Part shown: positions 42,038-53,741 of the stretch, piece after piece | Numbering within the stretch: position 1 is the stretch's first letter | How the letters are laid out: each line of letters starts with the position of its first letter | Source: Diplonema japonicum | Lineage: Eukaryota > Protista > Euglenozoa: Diplonemea | Assembly: GCA_964019335.1 (NCBI GenBank) | Contig: OZ025714.1 | Span: 248,001 to 312,000 of the forward strand | Length of the DNA: 64,000 bases | Direction: 5' to 3' | The notes under the pieces: generated by a model | What the model saw: only the letters and a program-made list of their open reading frames with translations | Told to the model about the DNA's origin: nothing | Databases searched by the model: none | Program-made: the position numbers and the translations under genes

Positions 42038-42544
42038 TCAAACATCCTCCTGCAGCAGCTCTCCAAGCTCTCTTTCGGGATCGGGGGAGTACACGAGTAA
42101 ATCATTCACGTATATCGTGTCGGTTTCCAGTGCGAAAAGAGCGGGTTCCAGCCAGATCATCAAGTTCTTGCCGAGCCACAGTGTATTGCGCTCTTCAGGT
42201 TTTCTGTACCGGGTGTAGGTGCAGATGCCGCGCCCGTGGCCCATAAATATGCCATGGTCGCACATATGCTCTGTTTCTTTTTCTCGTTTGACAACAATGT
42301 AATCTCCCCACTTTAAATTTTGGAACCAGGTGCCCATTGTCGCCGATCTGTGTGCGTGGTCTACGTCCTCTGGACCCATTCGGTCCCAATATCTGAAATG
42401 GTTGCCGGTGCTTGCTTCAACCCAATGTTGCATGTGCTGAGGTGTTTTTACAGATGACCAACCGGCATAGCTTCCCCCATGTAACCACCTTCTTCCCGAA
42501 ACCTGTTTCGCCTTTACCGTTGCTGGCCGACAGCGTCCCAACAT
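42038..42544 (-). CDS. Hypothetical protein with mitochondrial-presequence-like N-terminus (168 aa)
   Basis: MLGRCRPATVKAKQVSGRRW is basic with no acidic residues; A10 precedes the ATG. Confidence 0.7.
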   Translation of the reverse strand: MLGRCRPATVKAKQVSGRRWLHGGSYAGWSSVKTPQHMQHWVEASTGNHFRYWDRMGPEDVDHAHRSATMGTWFQNLKWGDYIVVKREKETEHMCDHGIFMGHGRGICTYTRYRKPEERNTLWLGKNLMIWLEPALFALETDTIYVNDLLVYSPDPERELGELLQEDV

Positions 42545-42574
42545 TTTTTTTTTTGACCTTTTTTTTTTTTTTAA

Positions 42575-44373
42575 CCATCTACCAACGGACCATTTTTGCC
42601 CACCAGGGGGGTAAATTTTCAAAACTTCAAAAAAAGCTATTCTAGCGCAACGCCGGGGCTATATGCCCCCGAAAATGCCTCCAGATGTCCCAATTCTAGA
42701 GAGAGGGTGCCCACAGCAGGGCCCACCCCCACAACATTGTCAAAAATATCGTTCCTGAAGTGCTCGAGAGGGGGTACAAAAAACAAGTCAAAAAAATCGA
42801 CTGTAAAATTCTATAAAAAGCTATTTAAGGCCTTCTTGTCGCGGTTCGTACGTGCCCCAGGGCTGGGGGACTTCTTTTTTGACCCCGAGAGGGGTTTCTG
42901 GGGGGTATCCCCAGCAAGGTGGCAGTCTTTGAAGCACGGAGTCACGCAAAGTTGTACCAAGCAGGCTGAACACTGAAATAGGGGTCTTTTCGACTTGAAA
43001 TGCTTGCACCGCACGTTGCACTACTTTTTCGGGGAAATGGTCCCAGAAGGTACTGTCACGGCGCATTGGGGTCTCAGAGCACTCGTTCTGTGTTTCGGGG
43101 CATGGTATTGGGGCAGCCTGCTCTGTAGTTGACTTTATCTGTTGTTTAGACTGCCTCCCTAGTAGCCCTTCGATGACTGCCTCTTTGAAAGGCGTCAATA
43201 CACTGTCGTTCGTACTCAGGGTGTTGGGGGGCAAGGCTTCTTTCCAAACAAGCCAAGCATTCGCCAGAGATTTACCTAACAAGTACGAAAATACTTTTAG
43301 GGGCCACTTTTAAGTCATAAGGGTGCGTTTATGGCGTTTTGTCACAGCGTCACCCAGCGTCGGTTCCGCCCATTGCGGTGTTGTAAATATGCACTTGGTG
43401 GGGAACAAGATGTCCTTTCCGGCTTTCATTCTCTTTTGGCGGACGGTCAAATTTGACCTACTGGAACATCCAACGTCGATAGAAAGCACACAGGTTTGAT
43501 GTCATGCCACGTTGTGGTGCAAAGGATGCTCGCGTGCTGGTGGAACTGTGTCCCCACGGGATGCGCGTCCTTGGGCTTGCGGCCTCGCTTCTTTGGGGCA
43601 TCCATGATCTCCGGGAGGCCTTCGCGATAGGTAGAAGTCAGCACGCTTGTTTGTTTCGCTGTGGAAACACAGATTTCCCAGAATAGTCAAAAAGCGGTCT
43701 CTTGACATGACGGTAGCGTACCCAGGTGTAGTTGAGAAACGTGGAGCCAGTGCACCAGTAATCAGAATAATCTGGCTTGATATCCAAGTCCATCGACAAA
43801 AGGACACCTAGGAAGGTACGCAGAGAAGCATCGAGATCCAGGGAGACACCTTTTTTAGCCGCATTTGCCACATTGTTCGAAGTTATGACCCGAATAAAGT
43901 TTGGACGAGCATTTGGGAGAATATATGGAATGGCGTTGAGCCTCTGATGTCAAAACAGGGTCCACAAGGATTCCGATCTTCACGAAACCGGATGCCTTCC
44001 AACTGCTCCGGCTTTGCCGTCCAATCACCCTGCTGTGACTCGGAATCGGTCGAATTCGTGTCAGAATCACTGTTTGTATCAAAATTGCATAATAGGGATG
44101 AGCCATCAGTGCTGCCATCACTCATAACGTCCTCTTCCGGCCTCTTTCCGGGCGCCTTTTTTTGAAGTGATTTTTAAGGGTAAATTTGGGCTGGCGTTTT
44201 TTTTTATTTTTTCATTTTCTTGTTAAGTTAGGGCAGCATTTAGTTTATATTTTTCATATTTTCCGCGCAGGACCCCGCCGGCAAGAAAGGGCCGGGCCGT
44301 ATTGCATTGAAAGCCCTTTGCGTAAAAGATTTTTTTTCAAATCGTCTATATATAGACGCTCGTTGATAGATGG
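42575..44373 (-). mobile_element. Decayed piggyBac transposon
   Basis: TTAA on both sides (42571-42574, 44374-44377); 13-bp TIR CCATCTA(C/T)CAACG; frameshifted remnants MSRDRF..IL..L.F, WHDIKPVCFLST, YNTAMGGTD, and a Cys/His C-terminal domain. Confidence 0.92.
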
Positions 44374-45500
44374 TTAAAGAAATAACAGGGGGGGAAAAAA
44401 AGTTTTAAAAAAGAAGAAGGAGGGGAAAAAAGATGTCTTTGAAGGGAACCTGCAGTATGTGACAGGATCGCCTAACAAAAAAAAAGAAGAAAAAAAAAGC
44501 AATTTTGCACCATATTGACGTTCTCTTTTTGCAACGATCAGCATTTAGGGATATCGAAGCATGAATTGGGCAGAAGCATGGTGAGCGCTTTGAAATGAAG
44601 CAAAGTAGGAAAAAAAAAAAAAAAGAGGGAAAAAATGAAGGGAAAGGGAGTTCATCCCGCTTTTCATTTCATTGCTCTTTGTTTTCTTCTCTCTCTCTCT
44701 TTTTTTTCTTTTTTTTCTTTCTTTTTTTTTTTTTTTTTTAAAGGCAAACTGCGAGAATTTGGAGAAGGAAAGTGCGAACCCCTCCAAGGACCGAAAAGAT
44801 CTCGGTCTGCCGAAAGGTTAGAGATATGTAAACGCGTGTGAATGTCTTAATGTTGTCTCGATACAAACCCCATGCCGTCACGATACAAACCCTATCTCTG
44901 TTCCAGCCCTTGAGGGTTGCAGGAAAAAAAAAAAAAAAAAGAGAGAAAACAAAAACAAAAAAAGAAGGTACACCCTCTTGAGCCTGAAACAGAATCAACG
45001 AAGAAAAGGGGGGGGGTATAAATTCAATTTCAAAAGTAGTAGCTAGGAAAAACGGTAGGTGGGCGAGAGAATTGAAAAGAAAAAAAATGCAGGAGGGGGA
45101 GTACGAAGAAAAAAAAAGAAGAAAAAGAGAATTGGTTAAAAAAGAAAAAATGAAGAAGAAAAAAAACTGACATCCATTCTCGAAAAAAAAAAAAAAAAAA
45201 AAAAAAAAAGCTTTTGCACTATCTATTTTACCAGATTTGGAAAAGCCGGAAAAGCTGGAAAAAAAAAGAGAAAAAAAAGGTAGGTAGGTTATCCAGACCA
45301 AAATCTTGAGACAAATTCAAGTCAGTTTTTCTTCTTCGTCTTCTTCTTTTTTTAAATTTTTTTTATAAAAAAAATCCCCCATTCTTCTTCTTTTTTTTCC
45401 TCATTCCTTTCCCCCAAAGGCGCAAATTCGAATAGCCTATGAAATAAACTCGGAAAGCCCCACTTTCCTTTTTATTCCTTTTCCTTTCATGTCCTTTTAC

Positions 45501-45535
<35 letters not shown>

Positions 45536-45742
45536 CCTTCTTCTTTTTGTCGTTGTTAAAAATTAATTTAAAAATTGTTCGCTGGAAAAAAAAAAAAGAG
45601 GGGGGAGAAAATATGGCGGGAGATATTTTGTTCAAATTTATTTCCTCAATTCAACTAAATCCCGCCAAAGACTCATTTCTATGCATGTTCACATAAATGT
45701 TTTTTTTTTCTTTTCTTTTCTTTTTTTTTTCCCATTGCCTTT

Positions 45743-48700
45743 TCACACCCGGTTTTCGGGCGGACTGTCAATGAGAAGTTCTTCGGGAGCCTCCTCGTAA
45801 AGTCCAAGCACACCGTTAGAGGCAGCTGACGGTTTCCTCATCACGAGACCCACGACGACGGCAACAGCAGCAACAAAAGCCACACCACAGGAGATCCCAA
45901 TAACGATGGAAAATGTCGAGGAAGATGAGGAGGGGGCCGAAACCTCCTGGCGGCAAACAGCACGCCCCCAAACATCCACCATGCACGTCTTTCCGACCAC
46001 ACACACTGTGTTGTCACAAGGACCTCTGTTGACAGCGCAGAGGGCGAAGCCATCACTGCCTAGACGGCAATGCGATTGTGCCTCACAAGATATTTTACCG
46101 CACTGCAAGCTTGCAGCAGGCGACACACACTGCGTGCTTCCCCATTGGTTCACCACACATGTCATCCCGCCGCCACACTTTGCAGTTGAGCACAGATCCT
46201 CCACCACCAGGCACTCGGTCAGTCCTTGTTCGTTCAGTCCGCATTTCGTTCCCTCCTTGCACTTTCCGCATGATGGCTTGACAATTTTCTTGTCGGTGTT
46301 CGTTGTTGCTTTCTTTGTGGTCTCAGAGCACACCGGCCTGCCCCACTTGTCAGCAATGCACGCAGAGTTCATCGGGCACTCCACTCCATCACACGGTCCC
46401 TCGTTGTTCTTACACTGTGCTACGGTGCCGTTCGCAAAGCAGTATGTCCCTTCAGGGCACTTCACATCAACGCAGACTGTGGTGTCTTTCATGCACTCTG
46501 GGACACCCCACTTGCTCACAGTACATGTTGTGTCCTTGGCGCACTTGACGTTGCTGCACTTGTCTGTTTCTTTCATGCACTTCGGTGTGCCGGATGAGCT
46601 GTACACACACACGCTACCTGTGCAGCTGATGTCTGCGCACGTCTTCCCGTTCATGCACTGAGGTGTCCCCGTAGCCGTTACCACACACACTTGTCCAGTA
46701 GAACACTTCTTTTGCGTGCATGGGTCCCTTGTGTTGTTCACACACGACGCGCCCCAAGAGCTTGTAATGCAGTGCGTGCCGTTGGGGCAGGTTATGTTGT
46801 TGCAGGGGTTCGTGGGGATGCTGTTGTTCACACAGCTAGCGCCACCCCACATGTTCGCAACGCAGTGTGTGCCGTTGGGGCAGGTCATGTTGTTGCAGGG
46901 GTCCACAGTGTTGTTCACACACTTTGCCCATCCCCAAGAGTCCGTTTCGCAATGGGTGCCGTTGGGGCACGTCATGTTGTAGCAGGGGTTTGTGGGGATG
47001 CTGTTGTTCACACAGCTTGCACCCCACATGTTCACAACACAGTGAGTTCCGTTGGGACAAGTCATGTTGTTGCAGGGGTTCACAGTGTTGTTCACACACC
47101 TTGCCCATCCCCAAGAGTCTGTCTCGCAATGGGTGCCGTTTGGGCAGGTCATGTTGTTGCAGGGGCTCGTCGGAATTGTGTTGTTTACACAGCTAGCACC
47201 CCGCATGTTCACAACACAGTGTGTTCCATTGGGACAGGTCATGTTATTGCAGGGGTCCACAGTGTTGTTCACACACCTCGCCCATCCCCAAGAGTCTGTC
47301 TCGCAATGTGTGCCGTTGGGACAGGTCATGTTGTCGCAGGGGTTCGTGGGGATGCTGTTGTTCACACAGCTAGCGCCACCCCACATGTTCGCAACGCAGT
47401 GTGTTCCATTGGGACAGGTCATGTTGTTGCAGGGGTCCACAGTGTTGTTCACACACCTTGCCCATCCCCAAGAGTCCGTCTCGCAATGGGTGCCGTTGGG
47501 GCACGTCATGTTGTAGCAGGGGTTCACACAGCTTGCACCCCACATGTTCACAACACAGTGTGTGCCGTTGGGACAGGTAATGTTATTACAAGGGTTCACA
47601 GTGTTATTCACACACCTCGCCCATCCCCAAGAGTCCGTTTCGCAATGGGTGCCGTTTGGGCACGTCATGTTGTTGCAGGGGTTTGTGGGGATGCTGTTGT
47701 TCACACAGCTTGCGCCACCCCACATGTTCACAACACAGTGAGTTCCGTTGGGACAAGTCATGTTGTTGCAGGGGTTCACAGTGTTGTTCACACACCTTGC
47801 CCATCCCCAAGAGTCTGTCTCGCAATGGGTGCCGTTGGGGCACGTCATGTTGCTGCAGGGGTTCGTTGGGATGCTGTTGTTCACACAGCTTGCACCCCAA
47901 ACGTTAATAGCACAGTGAGTTCCATTGGGACAGGTCACGTTGCTGCAAGGATTCGTGGGGATGCTGTTGTTCACACAGCTAGCGCCACCCCACATGTTAA
48001 CAACGCAGTGTGTGCCGTTGGGACAGGTCACGTTATTACAAGGGTTCACAGTGTTGTTCACACACCTTGCCCATCCCCAAGAGTCTGTCTCGCAATGGGT
48101 GCCGTTGGGGCACGTCATGTTGTTGCAGGGGTTCGTCGGAATTGTGTTGTTTACACAGCTAGCACCCCACATGTAAACAATGCAGTGTGTTCCATTGGGG
48201 CACGTCACGTTGTTGCAGGGGTTCGTTGGGATGCTGTTGTTCACACAACTAGCGCCACCCCACATGTTCACAACACAGTGAGTGCCGTTGGGACAGGTAA
48301 CGTTGTTGCAGGGGTTCACAGTGTTGTTCACACACCTTGCCCATCCCCAAGAGTCTGTCTCGCAATGGGTGCCGTTGGGGCACGTCATGTTGCTGCAGGG
48401 GTTCGTTGGGATGCTGTTGTTCACACAGCTTGCACCCCACATGTTAACAACACAGTGAGTTCCGTTGGGACAGGTAACGTTGCTGCAAGGATTTGTGGGG
48501 ATGCTGTTGTTAACACAGCAAGCGCCACCCCACATGTTAACAACGCAGTGTGTGCCGTTGGGACAGGTCATGTTGTTGCAGGGGTTCACAGTGTTGTTCA
48601 CACACCTTGCCCATCCCCAAGAGTCTGTCTCGCAATGGGTGCCGTTGGGGCACGTCATGTTGTTGCAAGGGTTCGTCGGAATTGTGTTGTTTACACAACT

Positions 48701-49630
48701 AGCGCCACCCCACATGTTCGCAACGCAGTGAGTTCCGTTGGGACAGGTAACGTTGTTGCAGGGGTTCACAGTGTTGTTCACACACCTTGCCCATCTCCAA
48801 TAGTCCGTCTCGCAATGGGTGCCGTTGGGGCACGTCATGTTGTAGCAGGGGTTCGTCGGAATTGTGTTGTTTACACAGCTAGCACCCCACATGTTCACAG
48901 CACAGTGAGTTCCGTTGGGACAGGTCATGTTGTTGCAGGGGTTCGTGGGGATGCTGTTGTTCACACAACTAGCGCCACCCCACATGTTAACAACACAGTG
49001 AGTGCCGTTGGGGCAGGTCATGTTGTTGCAGGGGTTCACAGTGTTGTTCACACACCTTGCCCATCCCCAAGAGTCCGTCTCGCAATGTGTGCCGTTGGGG
49101 CACGTCATGTTGTTGCAGGGGTTCGTTGGAATGCTGTTGTTCACACAGCTAGCACCCCACATGTTAACAACACAGTGTGTGCCGTTGGGACAGGTCACGT
49201 TATTACAAGGGTTCACAGTGTTGTTCACACACCTCGCCCATCCCCAAGAGTCCATTTCACAATGTGTGCCGTTGGGGCAGGTCATGTTGGTGCAAGGGTT
49301 CGTTGGAATGCTGTTATTCACACAGCTAGCACCCCACATGTTCACAACACAGTGAGTTCCGTTGGGACAAGTCATGTTGGTGCAGGGGTTAGTCGGCACA
49401 GTGCTGTTCACGCATTTAACCCCTGTTGTCTCCACAACACAATGAGTTCCGTTGGGACAGGTCACATTGTTGCATGCTGTTGGTGTGCAGGAAGCTGTCC
49501 CGTTTGTGTCTTGTGTGCAAAGAGTCCCAGGAGGACACTGAAGCTCATCACAAGTATAAGCGTAAACAGCCTGGGCCGTCCCAAGCAGCAGCAAAGCTGA
49601 TGTAATTTGAAACATGTTACCTAGAGACAT
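45743..49630 (-). CDS. Cys-rich repeat type I membrane/surface glycoprotein (FOLN-like 4-Cys repeats)
   Basis: Signal peptide, about 30 or more CNN(M/V)TCPNGTHC units, C-terminal TM (IVIGISCGVAFVAAVAVVVGLV), short acidic tail. Confidence 0.88.
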   Translation of the reverse strand: MSLGNMFQITSALLLLGTAQAVYAYTCDELQCPPGTLCTQDTNGTASCTPTACNNVTCPNGTHCVVETTGVKCVNSTVPTNPCTNMTCPNGTHCVVNMWGASCVNNSIPTNPCTNMTCPNGTHCEMDSWGWARCVNNTVNPCNNVTCPNGTHCVVNMWGASCVNNSIPTNPCNNMTCPNGTHCETDSWGWARCVNNTVNPCNNMTCPNGTHCVVNMWGGASCVNNSIPTNPCNNMTCPNGTHCAVNMWGASCVNNTIPTNPCYNMTCPNGTHCETDYWRWARCVNNTVNPCNNVTCPNGTHCVANMWGGASCVNNTIPTNPCNNMTCPNGTHCETDSWGWARCVNNTVNPCNNMTCPNGTHCVVNMWGGACCVNNSIPTNPCSNVTCPNGTHCVVNMWGASCVNNSIPTNPCSNMTCPNGTHCETDSWGWARCVNNTVNPCNNVTCPNGTHCVVNMWGGASCVNNSIPTNPCNNVTCPNGTHCIVYMWGASCVNNTIPTNPCNNMTCPNGTHCETDSWGWARCVNNTVNPCNNVTCPNGTHCVVNMWGGASCVNNSIPTNPCSNVTCPNGTHCAINVWGASCVNNSIPTNPCSNMTCPNGTHCETDSWGWARCVNNTVNPCNNMTCPNGTHCVVNMWGGASCVNNSIPTNPCNNMTCPNGTHCETDSWGWARCVNNTVNPCNNITCPNGTHCVVNMWGASCVNPCYNMTCPNGTHCETDSWGWARCVNNTVDPCNNMTCPNGTHCVANMWGGASCVNNSIPTNPCDNMTCPNGTHCETDSWGWARCVNNTVDPCNNMTCPNGTHCVVNMRGASCVNNTIPTSPCNNMTCPNGTHCETDSWGWARCVNNTVNPCNNMTCPNGTHCVVNMWGASCVNNSIPTNPCYNMTCPNGTHCETDSWGWAKCVNNTVDPCNNMTCPNGTHCVANMWGGASCVNNSIPTNPCNNITCPNGTHCITSSWGASCVNNTRDPCTQKKCSTGQVCVVTATGTPQCMNGKTCADISCTGSVCVYSSSGTPKCMKETDKCSNVKCAKDTTCTVSKWGVPECMKDTTVCVDVKCPEGTYCFANGTVAQCKNNEGPCDGVECPMNSACIADKWGRPVCSETTKKATTNTDKKIVKPSCGKCKEGTKCGLNEQGLTECLVVEDLCSTAKCGGGMTCVVNQWGSTQCVSPAASLQCGKISCEAQSHCRLGSDGFALCAVNRGPCDNTVCVVGKTCMVDVWGRAVCRQEVSAPSSSSSTFSIVIGISCGVAFVAAVAVVVGLVMRKPSAASNGVLGLYEEAPEELLIDSPPENRV
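46725..49480 (-). repeat. Coding tandem repeat, units of about 80-90 bp of two alternating types
   Basis: Near-identical ETDSWGWARC and VVNMWG(G)ASC unit types. Confidence 0.95.
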
Positions 49631-49794
49631 AAGGGGGGGGAGGGGAGGGACAACAACAAGCTAATAAAAGTCCACAAAATCTATCTAGCGCTACTTACTG
49701 CGGGAAGAAACAAGGTAAGAGGGGACTGGGGTGGGGAAGGGTTAATAAACAAAAAAAAGAAAAAAGAGTTTACAAAGAAAAAAAAAAAAAGAGA

Positions 49795-52637
49795 TCAGTC
49801 ATGCACAGCAAGATGGACCGTGCACTCCGAAGTGAATGCAGCGTAAACCTATATCGGTTGTATATTGTTCTTTCTCACCCTTTAACAAACCTGCTCTTTT
49901 GTATGAACCTGAATATTATTAACGGTTATAATCTGCTGCCCAACCTCAAGCCCAGCGCGGTCAACAGGTGAACCATGAACTACAGTGGCGACCATTACAC
50001 CGTCGCAGGACTTTATTTATTTATTTTTATATTTTTCAAAAATAGGTTCAAAAAAAACATACCAAACCCCATTTTTCACCAGGCTCTCTTGTGGCAGTGA
50101 TGTTGAGCATCCACGAAGGGGCCTTGGGCCCCAAGGGGGAAGTGTTGGATACCATAGAGAACTGCGATTGTTGTGCCTCAGAAATGCTGCGCAGCAATGT
50201 GTGTCGCTCGGACATGAGGTCCATTTCCCGTTTGTTATGCCTGTCACGTGCTGACCGGGCCTGGATGGCGAAGGTGTCCATGGACTGTTCAAGAGAACGC
50301 TTTTGTGCGCTTAACCTAGAAAGGTCCTGCTTAGCTTTATCGACAAGGGCTGCATCGGTAACAGGGTCCCAGAGCGTTATTTTGTTCAGCAGAACCCGCT
50401 CTTCTTTCCTCATTTTATCCTCGGACCTTTCGAATTTTTCGCGAACTGCCATGTCCCGTGTGCTAAGCTGCCCGAGCTCTTGCTGTACGGTCTCGATGGC
50501 GTTGTCGGTCCACCTGAGCTGTTCTTCAATTTCTGCAAGGTCGTTGCGAGAGGTTTGTCCTGCAGGGGCCCTTATCTCCGTCACATAGTAGTTTTCTACC
50601 TCAGAAAGCCCGCGTTGAGCCTCCTTCTTTGCATTCTCTACCTTTGCCCGTTCGATCTCGGTCTCCTTTCGTAACATAGCGGCTTCTCTGATGAACTTTT
50701 TTCTTGCTGCTTCCAGCTCTCGTTTGCCCGCTTCGTCGTGCTCTGCCACCCCGCTCTCTAGCTTCCCGATTTTCAGCTCTGTCGTTTCGGTTCGCACCTT
50801 TAAATCGGTTAGCTTCGACTCAAACTCTTGTTTCATAGTCTTGCCTTTGATGAGCATCTCTCGGGCTTCAAACTCCAGTTTCTGTTTTTTTTTTTTTCTT
50901 TTTTTTTTCTTTTTTTCACACCTGTTTCTCAGCTTCTTTAAGCTCCAGTCTATGAGCGATGGTGGGGGCATCGCTTGCAAGGTCTTGCAGATGGTCAATG
51001 CGGTGCAGTGCACTCTGTGGAAAAAAAAAAGTTTAAGAAAAAAAATCTTATACCTGAAGCTGGAACGAAGCATCTCGCATTTCTTCGGCCAGTTCTTCAT
51101 CGGTTGGTAGTTGCTGTGCTGCACCCGAATCGGAAATCGTTTCGATTTTGCCGTGCTGCTGATCGGCTCCGACTTGCGCGCGTAGAGCGGCTACCGAGGC
51201 ACGCAGCGCGCCACGTTTTGCAGTCGCCGCCGCGATTTTCTCTCGGAGGAGTTCCTCCTTGACAGTGTGCTGGTCGGGACCTTCGTTGAGTGCAGAGTAC
51301 CTTCTTTGTAAATCGGCAATGCGGACCTTCCAACCACAGACGGCATCGTCCCGGTTCACCTCTAACCTGTCTATTTTATCCGCGTGGCTCCGTGCGGCCA
51401 ATGTAATCTGAGTCCCAATCTCCTCTGTTGTATTAGCAAGGCTATCGATCCGCAACACAAGCTCTTGTATCTCGGCTGCCATGGATAAATGGGTGTCCCA
51501 CGTGCTGCTTCCTACGGATGTGAGCGTTTCCAGTTCTTCTTCCAACACTGGGATGTTGATGTCGGCGATCTGCTTACGAGCCGACAAGGCCTCCACTTCA
51601 AGTGCGGAAATAGCGCTTCTCCAAGAGGCCTTCGCGCTGTTCAACTGTTCGACCTTTTGTTTTACCTTCTCGTGGAGGGGTTCCTTGGGGACGGGGTACG
51701 ATGGGGGGTTTTGGCAGTCGTACGGGAGGTCTAAGTTTAACGATTCGCATAAACGCTTTCTGTCGAGGGAGTTCGCGATGTCGGAAGCAACGGCTGTTTG
51801 AAGCCGTTCGGTCAGATCCTCAGCTTGCTTTGTCAAATCCATTTCGTTCGCAGATAATTTCTTCCGCTGCGCAGCAAGCTTTTCACGTTTTGAAGGTGCT
51901 TCCTGTTTAGGTGATGGAGAAGCTGGACACGGTTCGGAAAGAAGCAAGCTAGCTGCTCCATCGCTTTCTGCAACAGGTGTTACCGCGGACCGTGGTGACG
52001 AACAAGGAGGAGGAGCTGGTAGGGTTGCTGGTGTTGGGGTCCTGGCGGTTTCCAACTGTTTCAACGAAACCGCTACCAGCTTCTGTGTGGTGTTGACCCA
52101 TCCGGGGTTTTTAATCAGTTTTATCCGCCCCTTCATAACATCCTTTGTCGCATACTTCTCCTTCTTGACATCCCCTGCATGGAGTACAGACACAACATGG
52201 TCAATACGTTTTTGTTCGGGATCGGTTTCCACTTTGAATATCAAACCGTGCTCGTTCTCAACAGAGAGTCCCAAGTGTTTGTCAGGGCTTGATGCGATGG
52301 ATGTGATGTTTCTGATCGGAATGCATCTTGAGATTTTGCCGTCGGTGTACAGGAGGTAGATGGTGTGCGAGCCGATGATGAGGACGCGTTTCTGCGGTAT
52401 CAGGCTGGTGCTGAGCTTGGTCACCGTGCCGAAAAAGTAGACTACGCTGGCGCCGTCTTGGGTGATGAAGATATTTTTAAACACCGGGCGTAGTTTTACC
52501 GCCACCTGGTTGAGGTTCACGAAGGCTAACCCGTTACCTGGGTCGACGCCTTTCAGACCTTCCGGTGTGATGTGGGGAAGCTCGCCATTTGCTGCAACCC
52601 ACCCTGGGACCGGCGAAGGTACACTCTCTGGACTCAT
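49795..52637 (-). CDS. PH-like/coiled-coil/PDZ protein; 4 introns, 889 aa
   Basis: VTK...QKRVLII....IYL N-domain, long heptads; splicing reveals PDZ-like EKWGL|SCDGVMVATVVHGSPVDRAGLEVGQQIITVNN. Confidence 0.8.
49849..49890 (-). other. GT-AG intron, 42 nt
   Basis: GTTTGT...ATATAG; completes the PDZ-like end KEQ|VYAAF...VHLAV. Confidence 0.7.
50011..50062 (-). other. GT-AG intron, 52 nt, T-rich then A-rich
   Basis: GTATG T8...AAATAAATAAAG; joins WGL|SCDG. Confidence 0.8.
50882..50921 (-). other. GT-AG intron, 40 nt, almost pure A
   Basis: GTGTG A7 G A10 G A13 CAG; joins EKQ|KLEFEA. Confidence 0.85.
51015..51053 (-). other. GT-AG intron, 39 nt, T-rich
   Basis: GTATAA...T10 CCACAG; removes a stop, FQLQ|SALHR. 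Confidence 0.85.
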
Positions 52638-53139
52638 CGCATTTTTTTTTTTTTTTTTTTTTTTTGAATTTGCTGCGCAATTTGGTGCTCAAAGAAAGGT
52701 GATAAAAAAAAAAGAGAAGAAAAGAAGAAAAAAAAAAAAAGAGAAAAAAAAACATTGCAGCAATTAGGGAAACATGGGGGGAAAAAAAAGAAACTCTTTT
52801 TTTTTTTTTTTTTTCGATTGTTTCTTATGTAAAGCGACAATATAATATTATAAAAAAAAAAAAAAAGAAAAGAGGTGCATGTTTTTTTTTTTTTCCTTCT
52901 TTCGTTCTTCTTCTTTTTTTTTCTTCTTTTAAAAAGATGGTTTCGAGAGGAATAAAGGCCGAGGGGTGGGTGGAGATTAACGTGTTTACTAACGTACTCA
53001 AAAAAAAAAAAGAATTGTATTTGTTTTCCCTTCTCATTTTTTTCTTCTAGTGTATTGAGGAGTTTTTTTTTTTTCATTTTCTTTTATTCTTCTTCTTTTT
53101 TAAAATATTCTTTTTTCCCCATTTCGTGTTAAAATTCGT

Positions 53140-53171
<32 letters not shown>

Positions 53172-53681
53172 CCAGCAGTAAGAATAAGAGGAATGAGAGG
53201 GACATAATATAATAGAAAAAGAAAAAGGAGAGATGGAGACTTTAAGCGACGGCACACACAGGTCACACCAAAGGTCGCTTATAAATTAAAAAAAAATGGG
53301 GCTTTGATTGCAACACTAGGTGGCGTTAAGCGTGCAATGAAGCACGAACTACCTACTTGATTACAGGGGGCGCTCCTCGGCCGAGCAGTAGCTTCTTCTG
53401 CGTTCCGCGTCGTGTCCTTAATGCGTGCGGTGTGCTCAACCCTAGCCGGGGCGTCCCGGGTAACCAAGATTCTGCGCTCGTGCAGTTTGCTGCCTGTTCG
53501 TCACCCTGAGCATCTGCGTTACGTTCTTCCACTCGGGCGCTACCGGTGATGACCGACGAGGAGGTCAACAGCGAACAACACATCTGATGTACTTCTTATA
53601 TTTTCATGTTATCCCCACCACCTAAAAAAAAAAAACAAGAAACAAAAAAAAAAAAAACCCTCCCTTCTCAATTTTACACAC

Positions 53682-53717
<36 letters not shown>

Positions 53718-53741
53718 AGAAGAAAAACCCCACCTTGTTTC

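Noticed and set aside
46691-49600. 969-aa ORF on the + strand
   Set aside because: Antisense shadow of a tandem repeat whose unit lacks stops in that frame; the minus-strand ORF has the signal peptide and TM.
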